The position numbers and the translations under genes were made by a program. From Balanoglossus misakiensis (taxonomy: Eukaryota > Animalia > Hemichordata), in contig CM082589.2 in assembly GCA_040954595.2 (NCBI GenBank), positions 1,977,498 to 2,041,497 on the forward strand: 64,000 bases of DNA, written 5' to 3'. Below, one piece after another: positions 50,101 to 64,000 of the stretch (positions within the stretch are counted from its first letter, which is position 1; every line of letters begins with the position of its first letter). The notes beneath the pieces are model-generated. The model did no database searches. It worked only from the letters and a program-made list of their open reading frames with translations, and was not told where the DNA came from.

Positions 50101-53100
50101 TTGATCTTCATATTGGATATACAGATCTGATTTATTGAGCCCAAACACTACAGAGTTGCTAGTTTGGACACAATGACGTGTCTGTATTGAAATCACGGTT
50201 ACCTGTCAGTGTGCTCTTCATAGCCACCTGCCCCTCACCCATGATTTGCTTCGTGTGTTTGTCAGATTGACAACGTGGCCAGGCACTCTATACCTGTCAA
50301 GATGTGTCATCTCGTTCCTTCAGCGACAATCATGACTGCTTCGGATATAAAATCGCCTCAGGTGTTATCATTGTGAAGCTTTGTATTGCGGTCCCTTGGC
50401 AAATCGGTTCAAAATTAGATCGGTAACATTTGGATAGCCCCGGGGCGTGTCGCGGCGATTTCAATTCTTAAATAATAAGGATGTGAAAGAAACTCGTTGG
50501 TTGAGTCCTCAGACGCATTCGTTTAGAATTTCTTTTAATTGACGCGGTACTCATCATGTCAACTTCATAGGCATCACACCAGTTGTGTAGCATCCGCTCT
50601 ATTCAAGTCAACTGACCCGGGGGAGGGAGGGGGGTCACTCAAACGATTTGATTAGGAGCACTCTAGCCCTTGGGAAAGTCTCGTTGGAGCGTCGTGTTTT
50701 TTTGCCAATATAACACGGCGATAACAGATCCGAGGCCCGGATTTGTGACTTCGAAGCGAAAAGTTCGTGCCCAGAAGATCGTTACTGAAATGCGATCGCA
50801 GCATGTCAATTTCGTCTGTTTCATTTCACCGGGTCCAGCGCCCGTCGCCTCAAATTTTTCCTGACAGGTCAACCAATTACAGCGGAATTGCCGCCTTAAC
50901 CCCCTCATTTACTCATCGTTTATTTGGAAACGATGCTCTTTCGACCCTGCGTGTTTTCTCCTTCATGGGCTGAATTAGTCCAGACACCCGTGGAAGCCCA
51001 TTAACTTCCAAGTATTTGCCCACCATTCAAGATTAATGCAGTCTTTGAGAATTGCTGCTTCGTTGCTGTCCACTTTTTTCTCCTTCTTAATTGGTTTCTG
51101 ATAAATTGAAAGTGATTGTCGGTATTTGTTGGCGCGGTGTTGCACATGATATTCAGTATTACTCAAATCAGTCAAATGGACGCATTCCAACGCCAAAGTT
51201 TGTGTTTTTTGAGTTTAGACCTCATCACGCATTAGTAGTTACTGTGATAATGACGTTTGTTCTACATTGAGATCTTTCGATTGATAAAATACCTGTTAGA
51301 CAAACCTGATAATTAAATAAGAGCTTTTTATTTTCATAGCAGGAAACTAGTTTATTGATCTGTTGCCGCGACGGAAATAGCCTAGTATGAATTATTTTGA
51401 AATCAGGTTATCCTTGTTATACCCAAATATTGATGGGTTGATGGACAAGAACAGTTGTCATTTCAAATCGCTCTGAAAATAACATCGGAGCGGAGGGGGT
51501 TTATCGAAACCTGAGAAACTAATTTTCGCACTGTTGTGTCGGTGCATCTTTGAAATGTATACGATTGTCAATTTAAACATTTCTGATGGACAAGTACTTT
51601 AATATTGTTTGACTCCATTTCAGAATTCCGTATCGCGCACAGCTACACACGACGATTCCCTGCGCCCTAACGCCCCACGATAACCTCATTTGGCCCGTGA
51701 TAAAAAAAAAGTGTGAAAAGCAGCGTTCCCTGGACTGCTTCCGATGCATTTCCACATACCAAGTGACCGAGGGGCATTGTCGTCTTGACATGACCCCTAT
51801 TTTAAGGTCACGCTCATTTGAAACTGTTTTGAAATCGACAAGGCTTCATCAAAGCGCTGTAAAGAGCTTTTTTGCTCGACGCTGATTAGCCCATCATTCA
51901 AATTTATTGTCCACGACTTTGCGTGTTTATGAACTTTGAATCCGACAATTTTACGCCAACCAGATTCTTTCACAGCGCCAAGGTCTGTTTTCCTTGGGGG
52001 CGAGTTCTATTAATACTTCCAAGTAACGGATTCTTGAGCAAACAGCTATCATGGCAGATTTCAATAAAACCCACCCTCTCGAATCTGGGTAGCGATATCT
52101 GGGTACAATGCAGCGTTAGACAGGCGTGAAGCGAACAAACAAAATAACTTGCCGTTTTACATACTTTCCCGTTGCTCATATATGGCTCTTTGGTGATTCT
52201 CAAGGCAGGCGTGATATAACGAGAAATGGGAAGGGTGCTGTTTTCATTAACTGCGGATTGCATTTTCCGTCCCAATTGACGGAAACGACCCCAAATACCC
52301 CAACTTTACACACCCCTGGTTCGCCAAAAAGTGACATTTTACCACCCATTTTAAGCGGGAAATTCCTGGAGACGATCGGGTATAAAATTGGATGTCTTCG
52401 TAATTGAACGAGCATTCTTTCCCTGATCTCGACATCACTGGGTATGATTGAGTGCATTGTCGGAATTCCGCGAGAATTTGCGCTCATTTCGAATTAAGCC
52501 GGGAGATAATAGCGAGATTTATCGCCACTCTGTGCTTTTCAAACCTCCGGTGAAGCCGGTACTACGGAAGGAAGAGGATGAGTTTTTTGGAGGAGTCCTT
52601 AGCCACAATTCTGACTAGCTCCCGATGCTTCTCTCCGCTCTTGGAGTTGTATCTTTTAGTTTTACGCGCATAATCGTCTGCTCTATTTTGATCTTCTGAC
52701 TTTCATTATCTAGCAAACTCCTCCGTGTACTTTTGCTGCACGTCGGTCCGCCGCACGCACTGTTAGATTCAGTTGAACGCATGTAGCACTGATAACGCAC
52801 GCGCACAGCTGCGCCACTGCAGCGCGGCCAACTGTTCAGTCACCGCCGGGCCGCAGTGTAATTCGCCGAGCTATTTCAGTAACACTAGCTACGGCAGTGG
52901 TGTTGACATTCTTCTCTAAGCATTTAACAAGCTTTAAGTACTCACAAGGAGAGAGAAAAAGAGAAGCTAGAAGCAACCAACCCGAAATTCCTCCCCCGTG
53001 AGAACGCGAAATCAGCATTTTACGGCGTCGTTTTATGGTAAAGCGGCTGAGTCAGTGGCGGAAGGGGCAACCTTGAACTTGGGGTGACGTCATCGTTGCA

Positions 53101-56100
53101 GGATCTCCACGGCAACGCAAGTGTAATTGTAGGAGTGGATGAGTCATCGCTCTCGATGAAGCACGCAGAGTTCAGAGCAGTGTTAACACGACGAGTTGAT
53201 GAGAGATACACGCATACATGCACTCAAGTATCGGCTGAGGAATTAGTGGTGCCTGGTTGACCTCTGACCCGATGACATCATCGCTGATTAATAATCATAA
53301 CTAATCATCGCTCGGAGATGTTTCACGCCATATTCATCATGTTCACGGGGATTTTCCCGATGTCGTCATCGATGACGCATTAATTTAGAGATTCGGTGGT
53401 AGTGACTTTTCTGTATTCAGTCAAAATGGTATCGTATGTTCCAGGTGCGTGTACAGTCAACGTGACTCACGGCGTTGACTTTGAAGCATTGAAGCATGTT
53501 GAATTCGATATGATGATGACACTAAATTTGAGGAAAGATTGCTTACCGTGAACTGGAAGCGGCGCTCGTCATGTTGTCTCAATCAGGGTAGGAAGGTCAA
53601 TGTAAATGGGCAACCAAGATACTCATTCGTCTCCACATATAGTAGTCACTGTATCTGCAAAATATGGAAAAAAATATATATATTACTATAATTGCTTATC
53701 TTCGAGTCCTTCTTATGACGTCATCAAGTTCTGAATGCTTCGATTTTATTATTTATGTATACAGTTGAAAAATGTCGTTTACTGTATTAATTCTCTGTCA
53801 TTGTACTTTCTCGAATATTTGCAATATCACCGGAATCAAAATGATAACGTCATCACTGGACCAGTGTACGTCATACTCCGGTAATATGCAGAAAATTAAT
53901 GGACACATGAAATTTTTATGCGGTGGTATTCTCTGTTCAGCCCAAGTGGTCTTTACTGAAGGACTGACATATTCTAGTTAATTTTCTAAACCCCGATGTA
54001 TCCGCTCTGGCGTTGTCATGGTTACAACACGGTTTTTCTCCGTAGCACTAAAACACCCTGACCAAAATGCTTTCATGTCAACATTTGCCTTGCGTTCATT
54101 TTGAGAGATAATATGGACAAACGAATCGATCAATATTGCATAAATGAGTCCACCAGAGGCTTGACAAAACCGGAGGTAGAAATTCAAATCATAAAATTGC
54201 CGCAGTATGGAGGCTATTATTTCCAAAATAACAGGTATATTACTGCATAGAGAGTTGTCAAAGGGACTAATATGACACAATTTTATCATCTGTGCGGCAC
54301 ACGCAAAGTTGCAGCGCGCAGTCAACCCCCGCGCTCACTAGGGAAAATATACGTGCGCTGAATTCTGAACAGTTGACAAATCGCGCGTTCTCACGATAAA
54401 ACAGGTCAAGTTTTATCAACGACAGATGGTTTAAGTAGAATCCCTTTTATGCAGATTTGCCGAATTTGTCTATTTCGTTAGCAAGCGGTAATTCAGTTGA
54501 ATACTCTCTACCAGGTAAAATCGTCAAAAATACTCATTTGCAATTTTCTGATCAAATAATGGAAAATGGAAAATTGATTTTTCTATGTATTTCCTGTTAC
54601 AGGAGAGTTAGGTCACTTATCGCTTTTTTTACAAGGGCGGGATGCTATTTAATTTTTGACCGACGACACTGAAAACACTAACTCTGTCAGACGAACGTAT
54701 GAAGCCCAAATATGAAGCTGAATTCGCAAATTTTATAAATTGCCTTATTTTCCTGGGATTACACGTACATCACCTATTTTGGTAAAGGCTTGTGAAGTGC
54801 AAAACCGAATGAAAAATAAAACCCACGCTGCAAGATTTCGGCAGGAAAATTTCGCAGACGATAAAAAATGTGTATCACGTGCAACCTTGTACTCAGTCAT
54901 CATGGTCGTGTCATTTATGATTAGTCCGAGCGTTATTACCAAATTTCGCGTAAATGGCTGAATGAACCGAAGAAGAAAGACTGACTCTCTGACGCATATT
55001 ACCAAATTTAGTCAAAAAGGGTACACCGGTTATGAAAATTTGATTAAAGCTGGTCTGTAGGATGACAAATTGTGAGAAAGTTAAATAGCGAATCATCAAT
55101 GTTTGAATTTTGAGGGAAATTACTCATTCAACCAGCAGGTGGGCATTAGTCAGATTTTGTCAAATGGTGGCGCTCGTCAGGCTATCTCAATTTCATGAGT
55201 ATTAAAATGTTTTTCCCCATTAGAACAGTTACAAATAATGACATTTACTCAATACCATTAAACAAGGTCGGTATATGCATCAAATGTGCGATTGGATACT
55301 GAAGAGTTAGTGTTTTTTGGTCATTCGAAAATCTATCGCCGTTTTTGAAGTGTTTAAAGTGGTATTGCTCCAAAGAGTCTGAAGTCAGACTTGCCAAGGA
55401 CGCTGCTATTTTTACGTGTTCTATTTTTTTTATGGGAATCTCCGTTTTATTTCACATCAAAGTCGGCCGCGGGGAGAATTTATTCCTCTCGACTCCCCCG
55501 ACACCCAAAGGGCCTGGCGCGAAATGAAAGACGGCTCTTTGCGCAGTTTTGACCGATTTGACCGCGACTACGTGCCCGTGGAAAGAGCGAGTGTAAAATT
55601 TGATGAGTCGGCGATTTCGTTGTTGTAGGCAGGTCTTTAAAAATTCAGTGGAAACGACAGCACGCGCCATAAAACAATCGTCGTGATCGCTTTCGAGGGT
55701 AATTCTGCGCGAGACGATTCGATAGAACACCGACGTCGGCAAGACTAGAAAATTCAGCGGAGTCCGAAAAAATAAATACACAAAACTCCACCCGGAAAGT
55801 TGTGTATTAAATTATTGTTTGGTTTTCATGTTTCTGTGGTTTCATGGTAAAACCCAGAACATTCGGTCGTTAAATGTAACGCACTGCAATGAAAAAACCG
55901 CTTTTCAAAGTCGTTATAAATCAAAGTCCGCCTGAAACCACCCCTCTATGCAAGCCCACCTATAATTATTGTTCCGCCAGACCGGACTCGCTTCATGTAT
56001 GCGAGACACCTATGTTGCCGTTGTTTGGATCGTTTTACAAGTTTCTTTGTAAGGCGTGTAAATACACACCAGACGTCCAAACAACGCCATCGGTCTTCTC

Positions 56101-59100
56101 GATAAAGGGCCATAATATTTGCACTTCTGTCGGGTAGTTATTGCAGAATTAGGCTGTAATTGAGATATTTAGGAGATGAACGCGCCATTAAAGTACTGGC
56201 GCGCCGTTGTCACTTGAAAATGAAACGCGCTTGGCTGAAGTTCGTTTGGTGTCAAGGGGGAATGGATACTGTGTGCTTCAAAGTTGTTCATTGGGATAAA
56301 GTGAAGCCCCTGGGTGACGTCACCAAGTGACGACTCCACAGAAGCCGAAGACGAGGAGAGGGCCCTGGATATTGGTACATCTGAAAACAAACTACAGTCA
56401 ACTTCCAACGGATACCCTCCGCACAGTGCACTGATATGATTTGCGTATGGAGTCAATCAATGTACCGACCAATCAATCAAACAAAGTTGTGCATAACCAT
56501 GCAAACAAACAAACAGACTAACAATCTTAATAAGTTTCGCTTTTATAACTTCATATAAGACCTAAATGTTGAAAGTTAAAAGGGATATAGGGCTGTATAA
56601 CTTCTCGCATGCTGTAAACGCACGCAAATGGGGGCAATAAATGCACAAATGCGTGTACTAAAAAGCCTAAACGCTAGAGATATTAAACAATATGCCAGCG
56701 CTGGGCTTTTGATCTCAACAACCTGTCAACAAATCCCACCTTCTACGTTCCTGATCAAATAGCCACTCGACATTTTGTGTCGTGCATCCCCGTATACTAC
56801 TGGCAAATTCCGTTATTGGACCAAATCGAGCGTATCCCCGTAAATTATCTCCGCGCTGAGCTCTAGTGCGGATTGCATACAATTCCAGCGGCTCTCTCGC
56901 TTTTAATCTTCTTTGCGTTAACTCGCCTCGCCTTTCTCCATAAACTTTATTTCCCTGATTAGAAATTGAACAATGGCGGCGTTCAAACGGCATTTTCGAA
57001 TGCCGCGGCCTTCAGAAAGCGAGTCTTCTGGCCGCCACGGGACGCGGCTGCCGGCGTAGAGGGTCGCTGAACTCGTCACTCGTAATATCTGAAAAGTTCG
57101 GGGGCGTGTCAAGTGGTGTATGACGTCAGCTTTTGGACAAGGATGACGGCAGGCATACACTTGCACAATATAGGACGTATACAATGTACTTTGATATTAT
57201 CGACGGATATCGGAAGATAAATTTTCAATCAGGTGATTGTTTTAACCTTCTCAAGATCATGTTTACCGGTCATTCGCATGTCCGCGAACTATGATTGTGT
57301 TATTGCACTATGATAGTTCGTGTGTTGTCCGTGGACAAATTCCGGCACGTTTTACCAATTGACCTACTTCGACGATACGGTATTTTATATTAAACGACGG
57401 CTTGAATGAAGCGCTAAAATTTGATTATGTCATAATGCGTTATAACTGTGGCAATATCCTGATGGTATTTTCTGATAGTGATGTTGTCAGTCACATTTCT
57501 GTATTACGGTATTCCTTGTAACCGACCGTCGGGCAGCCTGTCTGTCTGTCTGTCCACCTGCCTACGTCAGTATGTCTGTGGCCTACTTTATGATGCCTCT
57601 CACCCACCCCATCACCCCCACACTTACGTACACACATGGATCACCGCTATGTACCACAGTGCTGTTAAAGTTATTGACACCGTTTATTGACCCCAAAGTC
57701 TCATCGGATGTTGTAACAGTGCCAGTGTTTGTCGCGTGTTCGTCATGTCAGCGGACGTTGAACGCCTTCGGTCAGTTCCTCATCGGAGATTGTCCGCGTG
57801 GCCTTGTGTTTTATTGCCGATCGCAGCTTCGAATCAATAAACCCTCGTCAATGAAATGATCGGCGTTCCTCTACACAGGATATATGCCGAGAACAGTCCA
57901 CAACAATCTAGTGTTATTGGATAATTGAATGCGAGTGGTGACGTAAACAAAAGCTGCCGGTGCGTGCATTGATCCCGTACAAGGTCTCGCGATAAATTGC
58001 GTTATTTCAAGCACCAACACACCTGTCTGTCTGAGCGTTCATTCAACCCACCTTGTTTTCTGACATGAGGTCTGGTCTTTGAAAAATACAACATAGTTCC
58101 AAGCTTTATACACAAACACGCTATAAGCTTGCACTTATCATATTCCATATAATTATTGCATGTCTTGAACATTTGTGAGTAATTATGGCATGATATAAGA
58201 TATTTCTGTGAGTATGGTATCTAATATATATACATGTACTAATAAATATATAATCCTACTGAGGCCGTGAACTCTCAGAGATTAACTAGGTTATCAGATC
58301 TCGTGCTCCCTCGAAGGAAGATTTTAATACGTAGATTTTGTTACCAGATACTATTTTCCTCCGTAAGCGTTTAAACATTCTATCTCCTTGTGTTCGATAC
58401 TCCGAGTTATCGGGAGCACTTTTGGTAAACTATACGCAGGCGGATTTGCATAATTTATGCTTAGATGTATCTCTTACACACGATCATTAATTAAATCCAT
58501 CCCCTTTCCGTAAAACCTACAACAGGTAGCTTTAACAAAATCAACTGACCCAACCAACAACTTCTCAACTGCCCTCTGCCAACATTCCTTCCACGCCACA
58601 CACCAGACAATCCACCAAATACATCGCTACTGCTCGAAATACAAATAAACTGACACAAACAAACATAGATAAGCAAGAAAATGGTCACCCGGTGCTTTGA
58701 AAAAGACACCATTATCTATGTGACGAAAGCCAAACATACGTGGCACAAGAGACCTTGGCCACGGCCGGAACACGTGGCCCGTGTCGTTAACTAGATTGAA
58801 GGGATCCAGAAATTTGGTTCCCTTGTCCCAAAACTCCATGACAGTAAAAACTATTGAAGTGATTATCACAAGAAAATGAAAAACAAATATATGAAAGTCC
58901 AATTAGGGTATAACGGCCAAAAGCAATGGCCTTACTCTTTCTCTATACGTCACCAGAATGTCACGGATTTGACACGGCAGACGACCGAGAGAGATATCTT
59001 GCGAAAATAGACACGTGACCTTCACAAATTCCTTGCGTGGCATTTTTATCGATAAATAAATCCCAAAACAAACCAACAGCGTGGACCATCAATTCTAGCC

Positions 59101-62040
59101 ATTAGCCGGCCAATTATGGTCGTCGGTTGAAGTTCGCTGTCAGTGAAATGGACCTTGAAAATTGGCCGCTGGCCAGTAGAATTGTGTCAAGGATGACGAG
59201 AAAGGTATACTCTATTTTTCTCTGTCACCCATGAAGTATCAAGATACGAATTTTGCAAAACAAACCCAAACTCGCCTTTACTGTCCCATGCTCTCCGCCA
59301 CCCCTGTTGTATTCTGACTTTAGAATGACCTTCCATTCGTCTCTGTGACAGGTGGGACCCTGACACTTATGTGATGGGGATAAACGTGCCAAAGTTTGTT
59401 TACTTATTTGGGAAAAAAACTAAGAACACAAAACACAGTTGGTAGACCAACTTTATAAGCAAGCGCGATCTACTAGGTGATCTCAATAACTACATAAACG
59501 CCGTGGCTCATTTAAGACAGGAATTCTTAGCATTTTATGTGGTCAAAATTAAAGTTGTACAATCGGCTAAGTAAAAGCCGCCGTGACAGTGAGCGATTGA
59601 TGTGTTGAGATACTTAGACCCGGAGTTATGTGAACTGACCGGGGCATTTCTATATTTAATGCCACATTAGAAGACGTGTTGTGGTCGATGGGATCTTCGA
59701 GAGTGCTTGATTGATAACCCGGCCAAGTACATCAACAATCAACATCGCAACTTCCGCTGTTTACGCCAAACCTAAAGGTGATCACTCAAGTCACGTGACG
59801 TTTGTAGAAGGTAACGTGTCCAGCCTCTTGCAGGAAGGAAATAAATATCACCCGCCGGCGATTTTTCAAAACAAACGCGTGGTGCGTTTGAAATTCCCCG
59901 CGCCTTCGCCGTGGCTGTCAGTCATTTTGATTGACAGCTCGAGTCTCTCCGCCGTGATTCACTCGCGAGCCGTCATCGCCCGTCCTTACACGAAAACGCA
60001 CACGTTACTGAGTTGACAGCCTTGAGGGGATGTACTTATGGATTCCATGTAAATAGTTGTTTCACTCCCAGATGATGTACAATATAACGGATGACAAGTG
60101 AAGACAGAAAATGGGCAGATAATGATCTAAACGAAGTTACTTCATCACCCTGGCATATTTTCATTCAGTGACGGTAATTAGTTTGAACAGCCAGCAGCGG
60201 CAACATTTTGAATATTGAGCGGACGTCACCTGGCGTCCATAACCGGGACATTCCAAGAAATATCGACCCATTAGCAACACCTTTGCGACAATTAGCACCA
60301 ATTCTGTCGAACCCGACAAACATCGAAGTGAACAAGCGTATTAGTAAAGTGATTAGCTAATGACATTCAACAGGTCACACGCTGTTATTTCTCGTTACCA
60401 AAGCAAAACTATCGCGTGGTTTTGTCGTTTAGCTTATCGGCAACATATCACCATTGGGATCGAAAACAACAGAGTCTGTAAAAACGCCGCTCAAAGCATC
60501 TTCCGAATGAAGGTCAGCGGAAACAGACAAAATATATCATAAAATACTTTATAGGGTCGTAAAAATTCAATTAAATGATAGATTCCAAACCGAGAATAGT
60601 CCACAGAAAAATTGTAATCTTAAATAGATTTCCATATTTACCTGTAATTAATTAACTATATTAATTCAAAGGCGAGTCTGACTTTCCTCGGCTAAGCTGG
60701 GATGATATTACCATAGTTACGATACAAACGAGACGGCGCATACTAATATTTATTTGATTCGACATCCGTTATCAAGGCCACAGACTGCACTGACGAACAT
60801 CTAATAACGGTTTAGTATCAGCAACCGACAGGTAAATGTTTTTCTCAAGGTCGCGGCATCCTTTCTTTTTATATTTAATTTATGAAAACCTCGCTGCGTG
60901 TAATCTACGTTTGAATTGATGCCGCGAAACGTATGGTACTTGGGTTCAAAAGGGTCGCACGCGCACTGGAATTAATAGCTCGGTAGTTTTTTTGCTGATT
61001 ACGCGAATTTGTTGCTCTCGTTGAATTGAAAGTGTTTAATTGACGAACCTTTTTTATGTTCACTGTTTACGCCTCGCGACATCTCGTTCCGTCGGCGCAT
61101 TAGGGAAACATCAGCCCGTTTTCATCAAATGCTGACTTCGCGCTGTGCTTTAGTGCTTGTTCTTGGCCCGTTCGCGGTCATTCACACGAATATCCTCGCG
61201 GATGTTCTCGTTAGTCGTTCCGCTCGTAATCATGGTATCTTTCAACAAAAGTGTCATTTTGAGGAACCGACTGCGTATTACCATATACGCTACTGTGCAC
61301 ATAGGCGGATTAACAAAAAGGCGACAGCCAATTTCTCTCCATCATCCAGGATTTTTTTGTCAGGGGCGTCAGCAATGAAATTTACCACACTCCTTCAGGC
61401 GAAATCAATTTCGACTGTAAATCACATTCAGCGTCAATGGATGGCTCGTACGGGCGCACTTGTGAAATCTCACTTATCGGGTCAATGGTGACCTTTGACC
61501 TCGCGCAGTCTCCCCGGGTTACCTATCATTAACAGTGACGAGGGGAGAAATGTTAAGACATACGGTTGTAGAAAGATGGTTCAGGAACACCCCAAAATAT
61601 TCACCTCGCGACAATTTGTTGCTTGGAAAATTTGGCGCGTGCAATCGTAATTGAGCACACAGTATAATGTAGTGTGTCTCCCCGGGGAACGGCGCGCTCT
61701 TGGAAGTTGTGGCAATCGTTGATTAGGGTAGGTTTGGGCAATTGCCACGCGATAAAATTGTGCAGACTGACGCTGCAAAGCTTTTAAGATAAAATCCGAT
61801 TATGCAGATTTTTCCGCCGAAATTTCAAATGCGCCTTTTCAATGAGTTTTAAGGATGTCAAGGTTCTAATTCGTCGTCGCCGTCATCTTCACGAGTTGTC
61901 ATTCTAATTTCTATTTAAACCGTACATGCAGACATTGTCTTGATATTACCTTTCACAGAATATTTTTGGCAAGAATCTAAAATACATGTATGATCATCAA
62001 GATGGTGATAATGCTAGACAGTTGAGTACATATGACAATT

Positions 62041-62090
62041 TGACCAACCAACAAACCAACCAGCCTGCAAACCAACCAACCAAACAACAT
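62041..62090. repeat. Degenerate (CCAA/CAAA)n simple repeat
   Basis: TGACCAACCAACAAACCAACCAGCCTGCAAACCAACCAACCAAACAAC. Confidence 0.6.
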
Positions 62091-64000
62091 ACTTAGTGAC
62101 AATAAACACGCGAGTTTTCCAAGCGCTACTTTTCCAAGTCCTGTCACCTTTCCTACGTGCCATTCTGGTAACGAATCCTCGAACCGCTCGACAGGTGAGC
62201 TCACCGTGTGACAGACAGAAAGGGCGATTGTTTCGTTTAGCCTTGAAATGTGAAATGTCACCGATTGTAGGCCTCAGCTGACGTGAATTTCGAGGAATAG
62301 GTCACCATGATAAAGCCCCACAGCCACGAAAGTTGAACGCACTCCAATTTCTAACGCGCGTGCCGCTACTCAGGTGACCTCTTAGTTTAACAGAGAAATG
62401 AGAAAACCCGACGAAGGTCTTCCGTAATCTTCATTTTCAAAGGTTATTCGCTGCCGAGGTGCATGGACAAAGTAGGCCGACAGAGGGCGACATTACTGCA
62501 GAGACGCGTATCAGCGCGCTCCATTTCTCGAGATCAGTTGCCATGTCAACACCTATACGACAGCGCATGGTGATACGGCTAAGGGGCGGAGGCGGAACTG
62601 AAACGAAATTTATAGACCCTTGGCTAGGCCAGAGTCAGTTTTTATGTCAAATTTCTTGGAAAGTCGACTTAAGAGGCGTCCGAGCTTACCGGTAAATCTG
62701 GGTGGTGTTTATTTTTCAAAATTCACCCACATCTGTATAGAAAGTTTGAGGAGTTCACGTCTCGTGTGTCAAACGGCGCGGTATCTCCATTTCGACACCC
62801 GGTGTCTGCCTGAGGCGCTTGACACAGATCGTGCACCTTTAACTCCCGCGAAAATGCAGATGCTATCGCCAAACAAAAACTGTCTTGGCATATAGCAGGG
62901 AAATGCGACCCCCTGAAAAATAGCATCTACAATCCTTGAAGAGTTAGGGTACACAAGGTTTCACGCAGTCTATTTTATTTCTCTTTTAGGGGCTTCTTAA
63001 AAACGCACGATTAGATGACAGTCTTTGGTGTATCGCATTTCTCGCCTTCTGTGAAAAATTCTTTTAGACGACTTGGAGTCATATACGAATATTTTCATGG
63101 TGACGTATTTCGGGATCATAGGTTACTATCATAACTGTACAGTCTATCTTACGTGCAACGCGCATACTTAGATTGCGTCATATGATACGTGTAATATAAT
63201 GAAACATAATGTTACTCCTTGACCTCTGACCCCCAAACAACCACGGTCTGCAAGTAGGCGAATTCAAACACACGATTTCATACTTTCATGATTCAGTTTC
63301 CCCACAACTAAATGTTGTCTAACTTTACTTGAACTGTCAACATTTTGGTCACACTTGTGAAGCCGGCCAACTTGTTCACATGACATGTCGAATTTTGCAA
63401 ACCCGGCCTTCACGGGAAACATAAATTTCACTCGGTGTGTCTTCGTCTGGGCATCGTGGGTTTATATACCTGTTCGTGCAGTCGGCTTGAAAGCCTCGTT
63501 TACGTTTCACAATATCCCCCTTCTAAACAGACGGACACAGAATAAACACACACGTCTGCACAGTACATTACCCATGTGAATTACCAGACACGGATTTCTC
63601 TGAGGGACCGGCCAATAAACATCGAGGGGGGGGGGTCTCTTGTCTGGTATCCCTAATAAGAAGTTGCCCTCCCGTACTATTCTCGGATGGCCCCTCCTTT
63701 TCATCTCGCGGTAGGTCTGATCCTTCACATTTTCAAAAGATGCACTTTTCCACCCTGACACATGATATTTATTCAACTACATTGGAGGTGTGAAATGAAC
63801 ATCTTGACAGGTTGACTCAGCGTCTCCTTGCGGTGACCTTCGATCGCAAAATCGGCGACCAAGTAGGTCTGATCTCATTTGTATCACTTGGTATCGTTAT
63901 TCTGTAGTCTTGTTAAGTGCACCGATAACAATTTCTTGTTTTACTGACTACAACACGTTGAAATTGTCCATTACTCGACATGTCAGCACAGATTGTACGT

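Noticed and set aside
55313-55350. Faint resemblance to the satellite (TTTGGTCATT, TCGAAAAT, ATCGCCG.TTTTTGAAG)
   Set aside because: Short non-collinear matches, and the 23-bp core is absent.
20324-63776. Remaining 60-146 aa ORFs
   Set aside because: No recognisable domains or consistent splice context; lengths are typical of random ORFs in intronic or intergenic DNA.

Overview
Eukaryotic genomic DNA. Spliceosomal introns, microsatellites, MITEs and the motif content suggest an invertebrate animal; the species cannot be determined from the sequence. Positions ~13-19300 are two homogeneous 87-bp satellite arrays, A (~177 monomers, 13-15434) and B (~44 monomers, 15435-19280). They are diverged subfamilies of one monomer (~83% identical by manual alignment, sharing an identical 23-bp core) in opposite orientation. 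They are joined in register at the monomer's internal palindrome, forming a multi-kb imperfect palindrome, and array B ends in a second fold-back. All very long ORFs in the track are by-products of the 87-bp (29-codon) period. The rest of the window is mostly unique non-coding DNA. It carries three clear + strand coding exons of an AMPK-related (HUNK/SIK-like) Ser/Thr kinase (33140-33247, 45912-46040, 46982-47148), whose next exon was not found in the window. It also carries a candidate frame-compatible upstream exon next to an RFX X-box, two MITE-like elements, a ~430-bp tandem duplication, microsatellites, and many X-box, CRE and nuclear-receptor DR1 motifs. No rRNA, tRNA, CRISPR array, telomeric repeat or autonomous transposon was recognised.
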